A stretch of 39,927 nucleotides of DNA from a virus. Made by a program: the position numbers and the translations under genes. The notes under the pieces are model-generated. The model worked only from the letters and a program-made list of their open reading frames with translations. It ran no database searches and was not told the origin of the DNA. The stretch spans positions 1-39,927 of the IMG/VR virus record IMGVR_UViG_3300045988_053524; one strand, given 5' to 3'. The first letter of the stretch is position 1, and each line of letters begins with the position of its first letter. Of this stretch, positions 7,641-16,765 are shown piece after piece.

Positions 7641-8099
7641 ATGTCGAACGAAAACTTAATTCCACTTAACGAGCGAACAAAGGACGAGCAAAGGGAAATT
7701 CAGAAAAAAGGCGGTATCGCCTCCGGAAAGGCTCGAAGGGAAAAAGCAGACTTAAAAAAGAAAGTCAATGAGATTTTAGCAATGGACGTCTTCAGTCCGC
7801 AACTTAAAGAAACACTCGAAGAAAAGGGCTTGAGCGCTACAAACCAGACGGCGGTCGTGACGGTTCTTTTGCAAAAAGCCTTAAAAGGTGATATGCGAGC
7901 GATTGAGCTATTGGCGAAGATGAACGGCAACGAAGGCACGAAAGACAACCTCGATAAGAAAGAGCAAAAGGAACGCGTCAAGGCAATGCAACTTGAAAAT
8001 AATAAACGCGAGCAGCAGCTTGAAGGCGGGGTTGCTTCCGAGGATATCATGGCCGATTATTTCGATAAGTTGGAAGGGGTGATTCAAGATGGCACTTGA
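7641..8099 (+). CDS. terS: Terminase small subunit
   Basis: It lies directly 5' of the large terminase and overlaps it. It is 152 aa and basic/coiled, with the KGGIASGKARR motif common in small terminases of Firmicutes phages. RBS AAGGAGGGGAGG. Confidence 0.6.
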   Translation: MSNENLIPLNERTKDEQREIQKKGGIASGKARREKADLKKKVNEILAMDVFSPQLKETLEEKGLSATNQTAVVTVLLQKALKGDMRAIELLAKMNGNEGTKDNLDKKEQKERVKAMQLENNKREQQLEGGVASEDIMADYFDKLEGVIQDGT

Positions 8100-9324
8100 C
8101 CGGCTTTACACGGACAAACAAATTAAAATCTTGAGGCGTTCCCTTGTCCGTGATTGGTATATGATGATAAACCACGGCGCAGTACGGGCCGGAAAGACTA
8201 AACTAGACAATGATCTATTTTTAATGGAATTGAAGCGCGTTAAAAAGAACGCTGCAAAAGTCGGAGTTCAAACGCCGATGTATATTTTGGGAGCTGTATC
8301 GTCCGGGACGTTGCAAACGAATATCTTACGCGAGATAACAGACGCTTACGGACACGAATTCCGTTTTGATAGGCACGGCAATTTTACGCTTTTCGGGGTG
8401 TATGTCGTGACGACGTTTACGGGCTCGATAGCGGGGTTGAAAGCTATTCGTGGTATGACAGCCTTCGGGGCTTATGTCAACGAGGCGACGCTGGCGAATA
8501 AAGAGGTATTTGACGAAATTCTAAAACGTTGCTCGGGTTACGGTGCGCGTATTATATGCGATACTAACCCGGACCATCCGAAGCATTGGCTGAAAGTTGA
8601 CTATATCGATAAAGCAGACGGAGAGAAAATACTTGCCAATCATTTTACAATTTTTGATAATACCTTCTTAAATCAACGATATGTCGATAACTTAATCGCA
8701 ACAACGCCTTCTGGCATGTTTACCGAGCGCGGTATCTATGGCCGGTGGGTGATTGGTGAAGGTGCGGTATATCGTGACTTTAAAGAGGATATGTACGTAA
8801 ACAAATTGCCCGAGCATTTCGCGAAGATTTACGCGGGTGTTGACTGGGGATATGAACACTGGGGCTCTATCGTGGTCGTGGGGCAAACCGAGGCGGGCGA
8901 TGTGTATATCTTAGAGGAACACGCTTACCAATACAAAGAGATTGATTTTTGGGTGGATCTTGCAAAAGATATAAAAGCCCGATATGGCGATATATTCTTC
9001 TGGGCTGATAGTGCGCGCCCCGAACACGTCGGACGGTTTAACCGTGAAAGACTCAAATGCTTTAATGCTTACAAGTCGGTATTATCCGGAATTGAGGAAG
9101 TGGCTAAGCTCATGAAGGGCGGTCGCTTTTTTGTTGTTTCAAATAAGGTACGCAAGTTCAAAGATGAAATATATCAGTACGTTTGGAATGAGCGAACGGG
9201 CGAACCGGTAAAAGAGCATGACGATGTTCTGGACGCGGTGAGGTATGCGATTTATTCACAACACGTTTACGACACAAGCAGCACAGTAAAAGAACGTATG
9301 GCAAGCGCGCAGTATTATTTCTAA
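8089..9324 (+). CDS. terL: Terminase large subunit (PBSX-like)
   Basis: Walker A HGAVRAGKT, a C-terminal nuclease-like region (VDWGY...EHDDVLDAVRY), 411 aa, and position upstream of the portal gene. Confidence 0.85.
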   Translation: MALDRLYTDKQIKILRRSLVRDWYMMINHGAVRAGKTKLDNDLFLMELKRVKKNAAKVGVQTPMYILGAVSSGTLQTNILREITDAYGHEFRFDRHGNFTLFGVYVVTTFTGSIAGLKAIRGMTAFGAYVNEATLANKEVFDEILKRCSGYGARIICDTNPDHPKHWLKVDYIDKADGEKILANHFTIFDNTFLNQRYVDNLIATTPSGMFTERGIYGRWVIGEGAVYRDFKEDMYVNKLPEHFAKIYAGVDWGYEHWGSIVVVGQTEAGDVYILEEHAYQYKEIDFWVDLAKDIKARYGDIFFWADSARPEHVGRFNRERLKCFNAYKSVLSGIEEVAKLMKGGRFFVVSNKVRKFKDEIYQYVWNERTGEPVKEHDDVLDAVRYAIYSQHVYDTSSTVKERMASAQYYF

Positions 9325-9343
9325 AAGGAGGAATAAAAAGAAA

Positions 9344-10870
9344 TTGGAATTCTTAAAAGGACGACGTTTTGATGAAAACGCGAATCGTCAATTCGTGATG
9401 ACAATCGAAGATTTTGAAACAATCGAATTTGAAAGTCAGAAATGGATTGCACGGCTGAAAAATTTCGTCGGAACTCATCGAGCAGAACAGCTGGACCGCT
9501 TGAAAGAACTAAAACGGTATTATCTAGCTGACAATAATATCAAGTATCGCGACGAGAAAAGCGATCCATACAGTGCAGATAATCGAATCGCGAGCGATTG
9601 GGCGAAATATATTACTGTTTTTGAACAAGGGTATATGCTGGGGAATCCGGTCGAATACAAGAACGAAAACGCAGAAATTCAAGCCTTAATCGATAATTTT
9701 AGCAAACAAAACAACGAGCAAGATCATAACGTGGCTATCAAAACAGACTTAGCTATTTATGGTCGAGCTTATGAATTGCTAAATACGTTTAAAAACGAGG
9801 ACGAAGCGGTTTGGGTGAAGTTGTACCGAATGAACCCGGAACAGACTTTTGTCATTTATGATGATAGTTACGAGCAGCGCTCTTTGATGGCAGTCAACTA
9901 TTACTCTATCAGTTACGGAAACGGACACAAACGCGATTTTGTGAAAGTATATACCGATGACGCTATATACGAGTATGTGGATGACAATCAGGAAGCGGAC
10001 ACGCTAAGACTGAAAGAAAAAAGCGAGCATTTCTTTAATGGCGTACCGGTGAACGAGTTTAGCAACAACACAGACCGAACCGGAGCGTTCGAAGCCGTGC
10101 TCGACTCTATTGACGCTTACGACTTGTCACAATCGGAATTAGCAAACTTCCAGCAAGATAGTAACGAGGCTTTACTGGTTATTTCGGGCAATCCGTTTAC
10201 CGGGGTTGACGACAAAGACTTTTTAGAAGACGGTCGAATCAATCCGAACGGTCGTCTGGCTGTTTCGCAATCGTTCAAGAAAGCAAAAATCTTGATTCTT
10301 GACGATAACCCGATTCCAGGAGGTTCTTCGCCATCGGCTCACTATCTAGTGAAAACATACGACACAGCCGGAGCGGAAGCCTATAAAGAGCGCTTAGTAA
10401 ATGATATTTTACGCTTTACGTTCACGCCGGACACAACCGATAGCAATTTCGCCGGCACACAGTCGGGCGAAGCGATGAAATATAAGATGATGGCAGCGGA
10501 CAATTACCGAGGCAAACAAGAGCTTTTGTTTGAAAAGGGGCTCATGCGTCGCTTACGTCTAGCGGTCAATATCTGGAAAATCAAGGGGAATGATTCTGGG
10601 AATTATAACCTTATCAATCAGACCGATATCGTATTCACTCCGAACCTTCCGCAAAATGATAATGAATTGGTGGCAATCGTTAAGAATCTGTATGGCGTGG
10701 TAAGTGAACAAACTATCGTCGAAATTCTTGAGCGCGTGACGGGAGTCAATGCTGAAACGGAATTGAAACGACTGAAGGAAGACACGGAAAAAGCGCTTGA
10801 AATGTTACCACGAATCACACAAGAAAACGAGGTAGCGGATGAACAAACTGAAGAAGCTAACAAGCCATGA
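9344..10870 (+). CDS. Portal protein (SPP1 gp6-like)
   Basis: 508 aa. It lies between TerL and the MuF-like gene and has an acidic C-terminus. TTG start with AAGGAGG upstream. Confidence 0.8.
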   Translation: MEFLKGRRFDENANRQFVMTIEDFETIEFESQKWIARLKNFVGTHRAEQLDRLKELKRYYLADNNIKYRDEKSDPYSADNRIASDWAKYITVFEQGYMLGNPVEYKNENAEIQALIDNFSKQNNEQDHNVAIKTDLAIYGRAYELLNTFKNEDEAVWVKLYRMNPEQTFVIYDDSYEQRSLMAVNYYSISYGNGHKRDFVKVYTDDAIYEYVDDNQEADTLRLKEKSEHFFNGVPVNEFSNNTDRTGAFEAVLDSIDAYDLSQSELANFQQDSNEALLVISGNPFTGVDDKDFLEDGRINPNGRLAVSQSFKKAKILILDDNPIPGGSSPSAHYLVKTYDTAGAEAYKERLVNDILRFTFTPDTTDSNFAGTQSGEAMKYKMMAADNYRGKQELLFEKGLMRRLRLAVNIWKIKGNDSGNYNLINQTDIVFTPNLPQNDNELVAIVKNLYGVVSEQTIVEILERVTGVNAETELKRLKEDTEKALEMLPRITQENEVADEQTEEANKP

Positions 10871-12215
10871 TGAATACTGGACGGGACGGGCTCGAGAAAT
10901 ATTCGAGTACGTTGACCGAAAAGATATTGATTTTTTCGCTGAGTTAGAAAAAACTTACCGGGCGCAGTCGGTGAAGCTACAAAGAGCGGTTTTTGATTTT
11001 TACACAAAATACGCTGAAGAACACGAAATAACCTATCAAGACGCTATGAAGCGCTTGAGGGGTGAAGATTTAAGCGATTATGTGGAAAATGCTCGGAAGT
11101 ATCGCGAAGAAGCTGAAAACAATCCGGAATTGTTAAACCGTTTAAACGAACAATATTCGGCAGCTCGAGCAATTAGGATCGAAGCCTTACACGCTGAAGC
11201 AGTATATCGCGCTGGCGTGCTTGCTGGTGCGCTTCATAAGAGCTTTGAAAAGTATCTATACGACGTTGCAGAATATGCTTATAAAAAGGCTCACGGTGGG
11301 CGTGCGGGTGCGGTCAATCGTCCAGCATTTGAAGAAGTTATCAAGACGCCATTCAATGGTCGGAACTATTCCGAGCAACTTTGGGGCAATACCGACAGCC
11401 TAGCGCAAAAGCTGAAAGAAGTATTCAAACAAGGCTTCATTCGTGGCGATAGCCCGCACGAAATGGCGCGAGAAATCCGAAAAGAATTCAACGTGGCACG
11501 CTCGAGGGCTGAAACGCTTGTCCGAACGGACGCGACGGCAGTCATAAACCGCGCAACCATAAAACGATACAAACGTGAAGGCTTGAAATACTATCGGATT
11601 TTGGTCGTTTTAGACAATCGGACGACTCAAATTTGCCGGCGAATTGCACAAGAGGACAAATTATATAAACTCGAAGACGCGCAAGTCGGGGTTAATATGC
11701 CCCCGTTCCATTATAATTGCCGGTCAACAATTATGCCGGATGAAGGCGAATTGAACGGGGAAGGAGTGGAAGAAAGATCTGAAGACGCTAGTGATAAATC
11801 AAAAGCGCTTTTTAGAAATAAAGATTCGAATAAGCGGCGTCCGATAAATAAAGCAAGACAAAATCGTTTAACTAGAGATTTTAGACAAAACGGAGGTGTA
11901 ATTTTCCAAAGTCCAGTAGGAGACCAATATCTGAAGAAAGTTGGCGCGGCTGCTTTAAATTACAACGAGAAAACTATTATATTGCCTACCAAACCGACAA
12001 TTTCAGAAGTATTGGAAGAATTATATCATGCGGAACAGTATAGAAACGGGAAAATCGATCCAAACGATAATATTAGCAAAATAAAAGCTGAAATAGACGC
12101 GCAAAACTATTTACTTTCGGTAGAAAAGAGGTATAATATACCTAGAAACGAAAGCGAACAAACAAAGAAGAATCTGAAGTATTGGAAGGAGAAGTTGAAA
12201 AAATATGAAGATTAA
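10839..12215 (+). CDS. Head morphogenesis protein (SPP1 gp7 / Mu F-like) with an unassigned C-terminal extension of about 155 aa
   Basis: The MuF core ends at NRTTQICRRIAQ...PPFHYNCRSTIMP (about nt 11740). A further region (11745..12215) contains EELYHAEQYRNG and matches no domain I recognise. Confidence 0.75.
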   Translation: MNKLKKLTSHDEYWTGRAREIFEYVDRKDIDFFAELEKTYRAQSVKLQRAVFDFYTKYAEEHEITYQDAMKRLRGEDLSDYVENARKYREEAENNPELLNRLNEQYSAARAIRIEALHAEAVYRAGVLAGALHKSFEKYLYDVAEYAYKKAHGGRAGAVNRPAFEEVIKTPFNGRNYSEQLWGNTDSLAQKLKEVFKQGFIRGDSPHEMAREIRKEFNVARSRAETLVRTDATAVINRATIKRYKREGLKYYRILVVLDNRTTQICRRIAQEDKLYKLEDAQVGVNMPPFHYNCRSTIMPDEGELNGEGVEERSEDASDKSKALFRNKDSNKRRPINKARQNRLTRDFRQNGGVIFQSPVGDQYLKKVGAAALNYNEKTIILPTKPTISEVLEELYHAEQYRNGKIDPNDNISKIKAEIDAQNYLLSVEKRYNIPRNESEQTKKNLKYWKEKLKKYED

Positions 12216-12414
12216 ACATATTTTACAATTACCATTCGGGACGTCTATCAATTTAGATAAAAATGTCCCTGAATCCGGAGTAGTAGGCAAGTTTTTAACC
12301 GTTGACTTTGAAAATTACTATAAAGTTGTGGGAACTCCGACAAACATTTTTTCAGAGGTCTTGATTTCAAAAGCAGAAACATTGATGGAAGGTCAAGAAG
12401 TTCATTTTGTATAA
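12205..12414 (+). CDS. Small hypothetical protein (69 aa) overlapping the MuF 3' end; candidate partner or immunity protein of the extension
   Basis: ATG 12205 lies 11 nt inside the MuF gene with GGAAGGAG upstream. A hairpin follows the ORF. Confidence 0.5.
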   Translation: MKIKHILQLPFGTSINLDKNVPESGVVGKFLTVDFENYYKVVGTPTNIFSEVLISKAETLMEGQEVHFV

Positions 12415-12418
12415 AAAT

Positions 12419-12450
12419 AAGTGCTTAGATAATAATCTAGGTGCTTTTTT
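12419..12450 (+). terminator. Intrinsic terminator-like hairpin
   Basis: A 12-bp stem (AAGTGCTTAGAT / ATCTAGGTGCTT, three G-U pairs) with loop AATA, followed by a T-run. Confidence 0.5.
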
Positions 12451-12473
12451 CATGCTCAAAATAAGAAAGGAGA

Positions 12474-12611
12474 ATGATGAATATCTGGGATATTGTTTTC
12501 TTTACAGCTGGCTTAATCTGTTTTTTGATTTTGGTTTTGGTAGGTTGGGCTATCATTGCCGGACTGATTGACGGAATTAGACAAGCAAATAAAGAACGTT
12601 CAAATAGATAA
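12474..12611 (+). CDS. 45-aa single-pass membrane peptide
   Basis: Hand-translated as MMNIWDIVFFTAGLICFLILVLVGWAIIAGLIDGIRQANKERSNR. The RBS AAGGAG lies upstream. It sits between two terminator-like hairpins. Confidence 0.45.
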   Translation: MMNIWDIVFFTAGLICFLILVLVGWAIIAGLIDGIRQANKERSNR

Positions 12612-12633
12612 GGAGGTGATCCGGTATCTTGAC

Positions 12634-12657
12634 AAGCGGGAATAGACCGCTTTTTTT
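12634..12657 (+). terminator. Intrinsic terminator-like hairpin
   Basis: The AAGCGG/CCGCTT stem has a 7-nt loop and is followed by TTTTTTT. Confidence 0.45.
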
Positions 12658-12756
12658 GTTGTCCAGACTATGCGGAAGACTTTAAAAGCTGCATTGTTTC
12701 GCCGCCGGGCGTAAAACGAGAATATCGATTGATGGCGTAACCATCGGAGGAAATAA

Positions 12757-13341
12757 ATGTCAGAAAACACACACGCAAACGTTGAAACTGAAGCTATTGA
12801 GCAAGACGTCACTCAAGAAGAACAAGTTGAAACTAAGCAAGAGAAAACGGAACGAACCTTTACACGGGCAGAAATTGGCAAAATGCTAGCGGCTGAACGT
12901 GCGAAGTGGGAAGACGAACAAGCGGAAATTATCGAACAAGCTAAAAGCGAAGGTGAACGCTTGGCAAAAATGACAAAAGACGAACGCGCAAAAGAAGAAG
13001 AAGCGCGACGAATTCAAGCAATCGAAGAACGTGAGCGCGTACTTGCTGAAAAAGAAATGCGAGTAGCAACTCAAACGCTTTTGAGCGAGGAAGGATTGCC
13101 GGTTGAATTCTTGGATTTTGTTATTTCTGAAACAGCGGAAGTCACCAAAGAGAAAATCGGGTTATTGCGCTCGGTATTTGATAAAGCGGTAGAAAGTCGC
13201 GTCGATGAACGCTTGGCACAGAAAGCACCACGAAAGGGAACTGGACCAGTATCGCTGACAAAAGCTGAAATTATGGCGGTTGAGGACGACGACCAACGTC
13301 AAGCCTTAATTGCTGCAAACATTGGACTATTTAAAAATTAG
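12757..13341 (+). CDS. Capsid scaffolding protein
   Basis: Highly charged E/K/A-rich coiled-coil sequence of 194 aa, directly upstream of the major capsid gene. Confidence 0.7.
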   Translation: MSENTHANVETEAIEQDVTQEEQVETKQEKTERTFTRAEIGKMLAAERAKWEDEQAEIIEQAKSEGERLAKMTKDERAKEEEARRIQAIEERERVLAEKEMRVATQTLLSEEGLPVEFLDFVISETAEVTKEKIGLLRSVFDKAVESRVDERLAQKAPRKGTGPVSLTKAEIMAVEDDDQRQALIAANIGLFKN

Positions 13342-13354
13342 AAAGGGCTAAAAT

Positions 13355-14239
13355 ATGGCTGAAAATAAATTAACAACTATGAACGACTTAGGCGAAATTA
13401 AGTCAATTGATTTTGTCAACAAGTTTTCTAAAAACATTAACGACTTGCTTCGTCTTTTGGGGGTTACACGTCGTCAAGAATTGACAAATGACCTTAAAAT
13501 TCAAACGTACAAATGGACGACTGATATCGACAATACGGTAACGGCTGAAGGTGAAACAATTCCACTTTCAAAAGTAAGTCGTGCGAAAGATCAAGAATAC
13601 ACCGTTACATGGTTCAAAAAACGCCGTGCGGTATCTGCTGAAGCTATCGCCCGTCACGGTGCGTCACGCGCTATTTCCGAAGCTGATACACGTCTTCTTC
13701 GCGAAATTCAAAACGGAATCAAAGAAGACTTCCTAACTTACCTTAAAAAGACTAAGACTAAAGTTAAAGGTAAAGGCTTGCAAGAAGCACTTGCGCAAAG
13801 CTGGGGCAAACTAACAACTGTAAACGAGTTTGAAGGCTCTCCGCTTGTATCATTCGTAAACCCGCTTGACGTTGCAGAATACCTCGGAAATACTCCGGTT
13901 GCTTCTGACGCTTCAAATGTTTTCGGATTTACTCTTTTACAAAACTTCCTCGGTATGCAAAACGTTATCGTTATGCCATCATGTCCGAAAGGTAAGATTT
14001 ACACAACAGCCGTTGAGAACTTGGTATTCGCGTACCTAAACGTTGCTAACGGTGACTTGGGCGGATTGTTTGCAGACTTCACGGATGAAACGGGCGTTAT
14101 TGCTGTAAGCCGTGACCGTCACTTGAACAACCTTACTTTTGAATCTGTATTCTTTGGAGCTAACGTTCTTTTCGCTGAAATCCCGGATGGCGTGGTTGAG
14201 GCTACAATCGAAGCACCAGTACCAGTACCCGGCGGATAA
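13355..14239 (+). CDS. Major capsid protein
   Basis: 294 aa. Assigned by its position after the scaffold gene, its strong RBS and its codon usage. Confidence 0.7.
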   Translation: MAENKLTTMNDLGEIKSIDFVNKFSKNINDLLRLLGVTRRQELTNDLKIQTYKWTTDIDNTVTAEGETIPLSKVSRAKDQEYTVTWFKKRRAVSAEAIARHGASRAISEADTRLLREIQNGIKEDFLTYLKKTKTKVKGKGLQEALAQSWGKLTTVNEFEGSPLVSFVNPLDVAEYLGNTPVASDASNVFGFTLLQNFLGMQNVIVMPSCPKGKIYTTAVENLVFAYLNVANGDLGGLFADFTDETGVIAVSRDRHLNNLTFESVFFGANVLFAEIPDGVVEATIEAPVPVPGG

Positions 14240-14253
14240 TTAAGGGGTAAACG

Positions 14254-14619
14254 ATGGCAGCTATTGAACTAGAAAAAGTAACGAAAGAAATTCGTTTATT
14301 GAAAGGAATTCCGGAAAGCGACAAAGAACAAGACGAACTTTTGGCCTTAATTGTGAAGGATAGTTTCGAGCGTATTATCGCGTTCGTCAACCGCTTTTCG
14401 GACTTTCCATTGGCAGAATTGCCGGATAGCGTGAGCTATATTCTTCGTGACGTGGCTGTTAGTCGATTTAACCGCTTAAATTCTGAAGGGGCAACCGCTG
14501 ACAGCGAAGAAGGCCGGAGCTTTACTTGGGAGGATAGCTATCTAACAGATGATAACAAGGCTATTTTGGAAAGCCTAGCAGTCAAAAATCGCGCCCGTGG
14601 AATCGCTAGATTTATTTAA
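14254..14619 (+). CDS. Head-tail connector (gp6/gp15-like DNA-packaging/connector protein)
   Basis: 121 aa, first gene after the capsid gene. Assigned by synteny. Confidence 0.55.
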   Translation: MAAIELEKVTKEIRLLKGIPESDKEQDELLALIVKDSFERIIAFVNRFSDFPLAELPDSVSYILRDVAVSRFNRLNSEGATADSEEGRSFTWEDSYLTDDNKAILESLAVKNRARGIARFI

Positions 14620-14633
14620 AAAGGGGGGCGCGT

Positions 14634-14912
14634 ATGATTTATAATGATCGCGTTGTTTTGATTTTTGAAACACGTCCGAGCGATGAATTATTCGAGAAAA
14701 CGGGAAAGCGTAACAGTTCCCCGATACCTTGTATGAAAAATGCCATGTCAAACTATGAAATGATGGGGCTTTTTGGTAAGTACGACTTCGACGCGTTCAA
14801 GTTGCACTTGCAAGGTATCCATAAGGATTTTTCCGAAGTGATTTATAAAGGGCGTAAGATGAAAATCAAAGGCAAAAGATACCATCATAATAGCACGGTG
14901 ATTTATTTATGA
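14634..14912 (+). CDS. Head closure / head-tail adaptor protein
   Basis: 92 aa. Assigned by synteny. ATGA overlap with the next gene. Confidence 0.5.
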   Translation: MIYNDRVVLIFETRPSDELFEKTGKRNSSPIPCMKNAMSNYEMMGLFGKYDFDAFKLHLQGIHKDFSEVIYKGRKMKIKGKRYHHNSTVIYL

Positions 14913-15253
14913 GTTTTACTTATAAAGTCAAGGGGCTTGATAAGTTCATTCGTCGCGTACAAGGTAAGCCAAAACAGGCAAGACGGGCAGTAAGCGCGGA
15001 GCTTCAACGTTCGGCCTTACGGGTTGAGCGCAAAGCTAAAATGAAAGCAGCAGTCGATACCGGATTCATGCGGAACGGTATCTTTGTTGCTCGTTTAGGA
15101 ATGTTACGATACAAAGTAACGTCCCCGGCTGGTTACTCCGTCTATGTGGAACTTGGGACGCGTAAAATGAAGGCGCAACCTTTCCTCGGTCCGGCAATGA
15201 TAGAAGAAAGTGAGGTTCTATTCAAGAACCTTCACAAAATGTTTAGGAGGTGA
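14909..15253 (+). CDS. HK97 gp10-family tail component
   Basis: VDTGFMRNGI...GTRKMKAQPFLGPA is characteristic of the HK97 gp10 family. Confidence 0.65.
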   Translation: MSFTYKVKGLDKFIRRVQGKPKQARRAVSAELQRSALRVERKAKMKAAVDTGFMRNGIFVARLGMLRYKVTSPAGYSVYVELGTRKMKAQPFLGPAMIEESEVLFKNLHKMFRR

Positions 15254-15256
15254 TTT

Positions 15257-15622
15257 ATGACTTTTGAAACACCTTCAGTAAAAGCGCTCGCGAATATTCG
15301 CGAAAAGTTAAAGCCGTTAAACCTTCCGATTTACTTTAATCTTCCAGAACCGGAAACGCTAGAGCCGTTTATCGTTATCGGTCAAACGAGCTCGGATACC
15401 TCGAAAACAGTCCAAACGGGGCTGATTATTGAGGATTTAGGCGTTCAGGTGGATATATTCCTTCCGGGCGATGAAAGTCGCGGAGAGGTCGAAAGAGTGC
15501 GTTCTGAAGCTATCAGGCGTATTGGAAGAAATTCAAGAATGGCTACAAATGTTTTAAAAGATAATACAGTAGGTCGCGAGGTCTATCATATCGTTTTAAA
15601 TTTAACAGAAATTATTTATTAA
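15257..15622 (+). CDS. Tail completion / tail terminator-like protein
   Basis: 121 aa, immediately upstream of the major tail protein gene. Assigned by synteny only. Confidence 0.45.
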   Translation: MTFETPSVKALANIREKLKPLNLPIYFNLPEPETLEPFIVIGQTSSDTSKTVQTGLIIEDLGVQVDIFLPGDESRGEVERVRSEAIRRIGRNSRMATNVLKDNTVGREVYHIVLNLTEIIY

Positions 15623-15638
15623 AAAGGAGTTTTAAAAT

Positions 15639-16220
15639 ATGAGTGAAGCAGAAGACAAGGCAAAAATTAAAATTACGATTGCGAAACCAATCGTAGGGAA
15701 AAAAGTATTTTACTTTATTCAATCTATTCACGCAGAAAAAGGCACGGGAGCAATGCTTCCAGCTTACCGCAAAGATGGTTCTACCACAATGGGCGGTGAA
15801 TACATCGACGAACAAACACAACAAGGGCGTTTGCTTGAAAAAGCAACCGACGAGCACTCTATCGAGTTGACTCAATACTTTGCACCAAAAGATCCGTCAG
15901 TTCAAGTTGTTTTGGACGCTCAAAAAACGGGCGAATCAGTCAAAATCTGGCGCGTTATCGTTGACGAAAGCGTGAAAGATACGTCAACTGGAAAAGACAC
16001 TTATCCAGCACAATTCGGTTATGGTAAAATCACAGACGATATCGAATTCGACGACGCAATTGATGGATTTACTGAACTTAACTATACAGTCGGAATCGTT
16101 GGACGTCTTCGCGACGGGAAATTCCCGCTTTCAGCGGAAGAAATCAATATGCTTAATGAAGTATATGACTACCAAAATCCAGGCGAAACAACTGGCGATT
16201 ACAACAACATCACACGCTAA
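15639..16220 (+). CDS. Major tail protein
   Basis: 193 aa, upstream of the G/T chaperone pair. A strong terminator follows, as is typical for a highly expressed tail tube gene. Confidence 0.7.
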   Translation: MSEAEDKAKIKITIAKPIVGKKVFYFIQSIHAEKGTGAMLPAYRKDGSTTMGGEYIDEQTQQGRLLEKATDEHSIELTQYFAPKDPSVQVVLDAQKTGESVKIWRVIVDESVKDTSTGKDTYPAQFGYGKITDDIEFDDAIDGFTELNYTVGIVGRLRDGKFPLSAEEINMLNEVYDYQNPGETTGDYNNITR

Positions 16221-16226
16221 TTTTTC

Positions 16227-16268
16227 AAGCAAGAGGGCCGTTAAAAGCCCTTTTGCTTTTATTTTTTT
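16227..16268 (+). terminator. Strong intrinsic terminator after the major tail protein gene
   Basis: A 12-bp stem AAGCAAGAGGGC / GCCCTTTTGCTT (one G-U pair) with an 8-nt loop, followed by TTATTTTTTT. Confidence 0.75.
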
Positions 16269-16288
16269 AACTAAAAGGAGTATAAACT

Positions 16289-16765
16289 ATGGAATTTACA
16301 GTCGGAAGCCGTGCAATCGAAATTAAATTTGATTATATGCTTATGTTTAAAGTCAATCGTGAATTATCAAGTCGTAACGAAAACGGACAACCTAACGAGG
16401 ACGGCGTGGGCGCTTTATTCCTTCGAGTAGTTGAGCGTAACGATTCGGCTTTGGTTGATTTAATTAAATTATGCGCAAGCAAGAAAGCGAAAGCTATTTC
16501 AGACGAGGAAGCATTGACAGCTATTTCAGCTAAATTGGAAGAATTGGACGCGACAACTACCGAGCCTATCTTTAAAGCTATTGAAGAAGAAATGGTGGAT
16601 TCAGGTTTTTTCAACGAAAAAGTTTTGAAGTATATCGAGAAGCTCGAATTGGCCTTGAAGTATTTGAAAGCGAAAGCAGAAACAGCACAAGATCAAGCGA
16701 CGGCACAATTCCAGATCGAACAAACGGAAGCACAAATTGGAAGGTTGAAGAACGCAATCTCTTAA
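16289..16765 (+). CDS. Tail assembly chaperone (gpG analogue)
   Basis: 158 aa and acidic, directly upstream of the tape measure gene. It contains a slippery run at 16606..16612. Confidence 0.7.
   Translation: MEFTVGSRAIEIKFDYMLMFKVNRELSSRNENGQPNEDGVGALFLRVVERNDSALVDLIKLCASKKAKAISDEEALTAISAKLEELDATTTEPIFKAIEEEMVDSGFFNEKVLKYIEKLELALKYLKAKAETAQDQATAQFQIEQTEAQIGRLKNAIS

Noticed and set aside
12600-12812. A 70-aa minus-strand ORF spanning the moron terminator and the scaffold gene start
   Set aside because: It overlaps the RBS and start of the scaffold gene and a terminator on the opposite strand. It has no RBS and is likely spurious.
16021-16326. A 101-aa + strand ORF bridging the major tail protein 3' end and the chaperone 5' end
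   Set aside because: It is in an alternative frame that runs through the strong terminator hairpin at 16227..16268. It has no RBS and is spurious.
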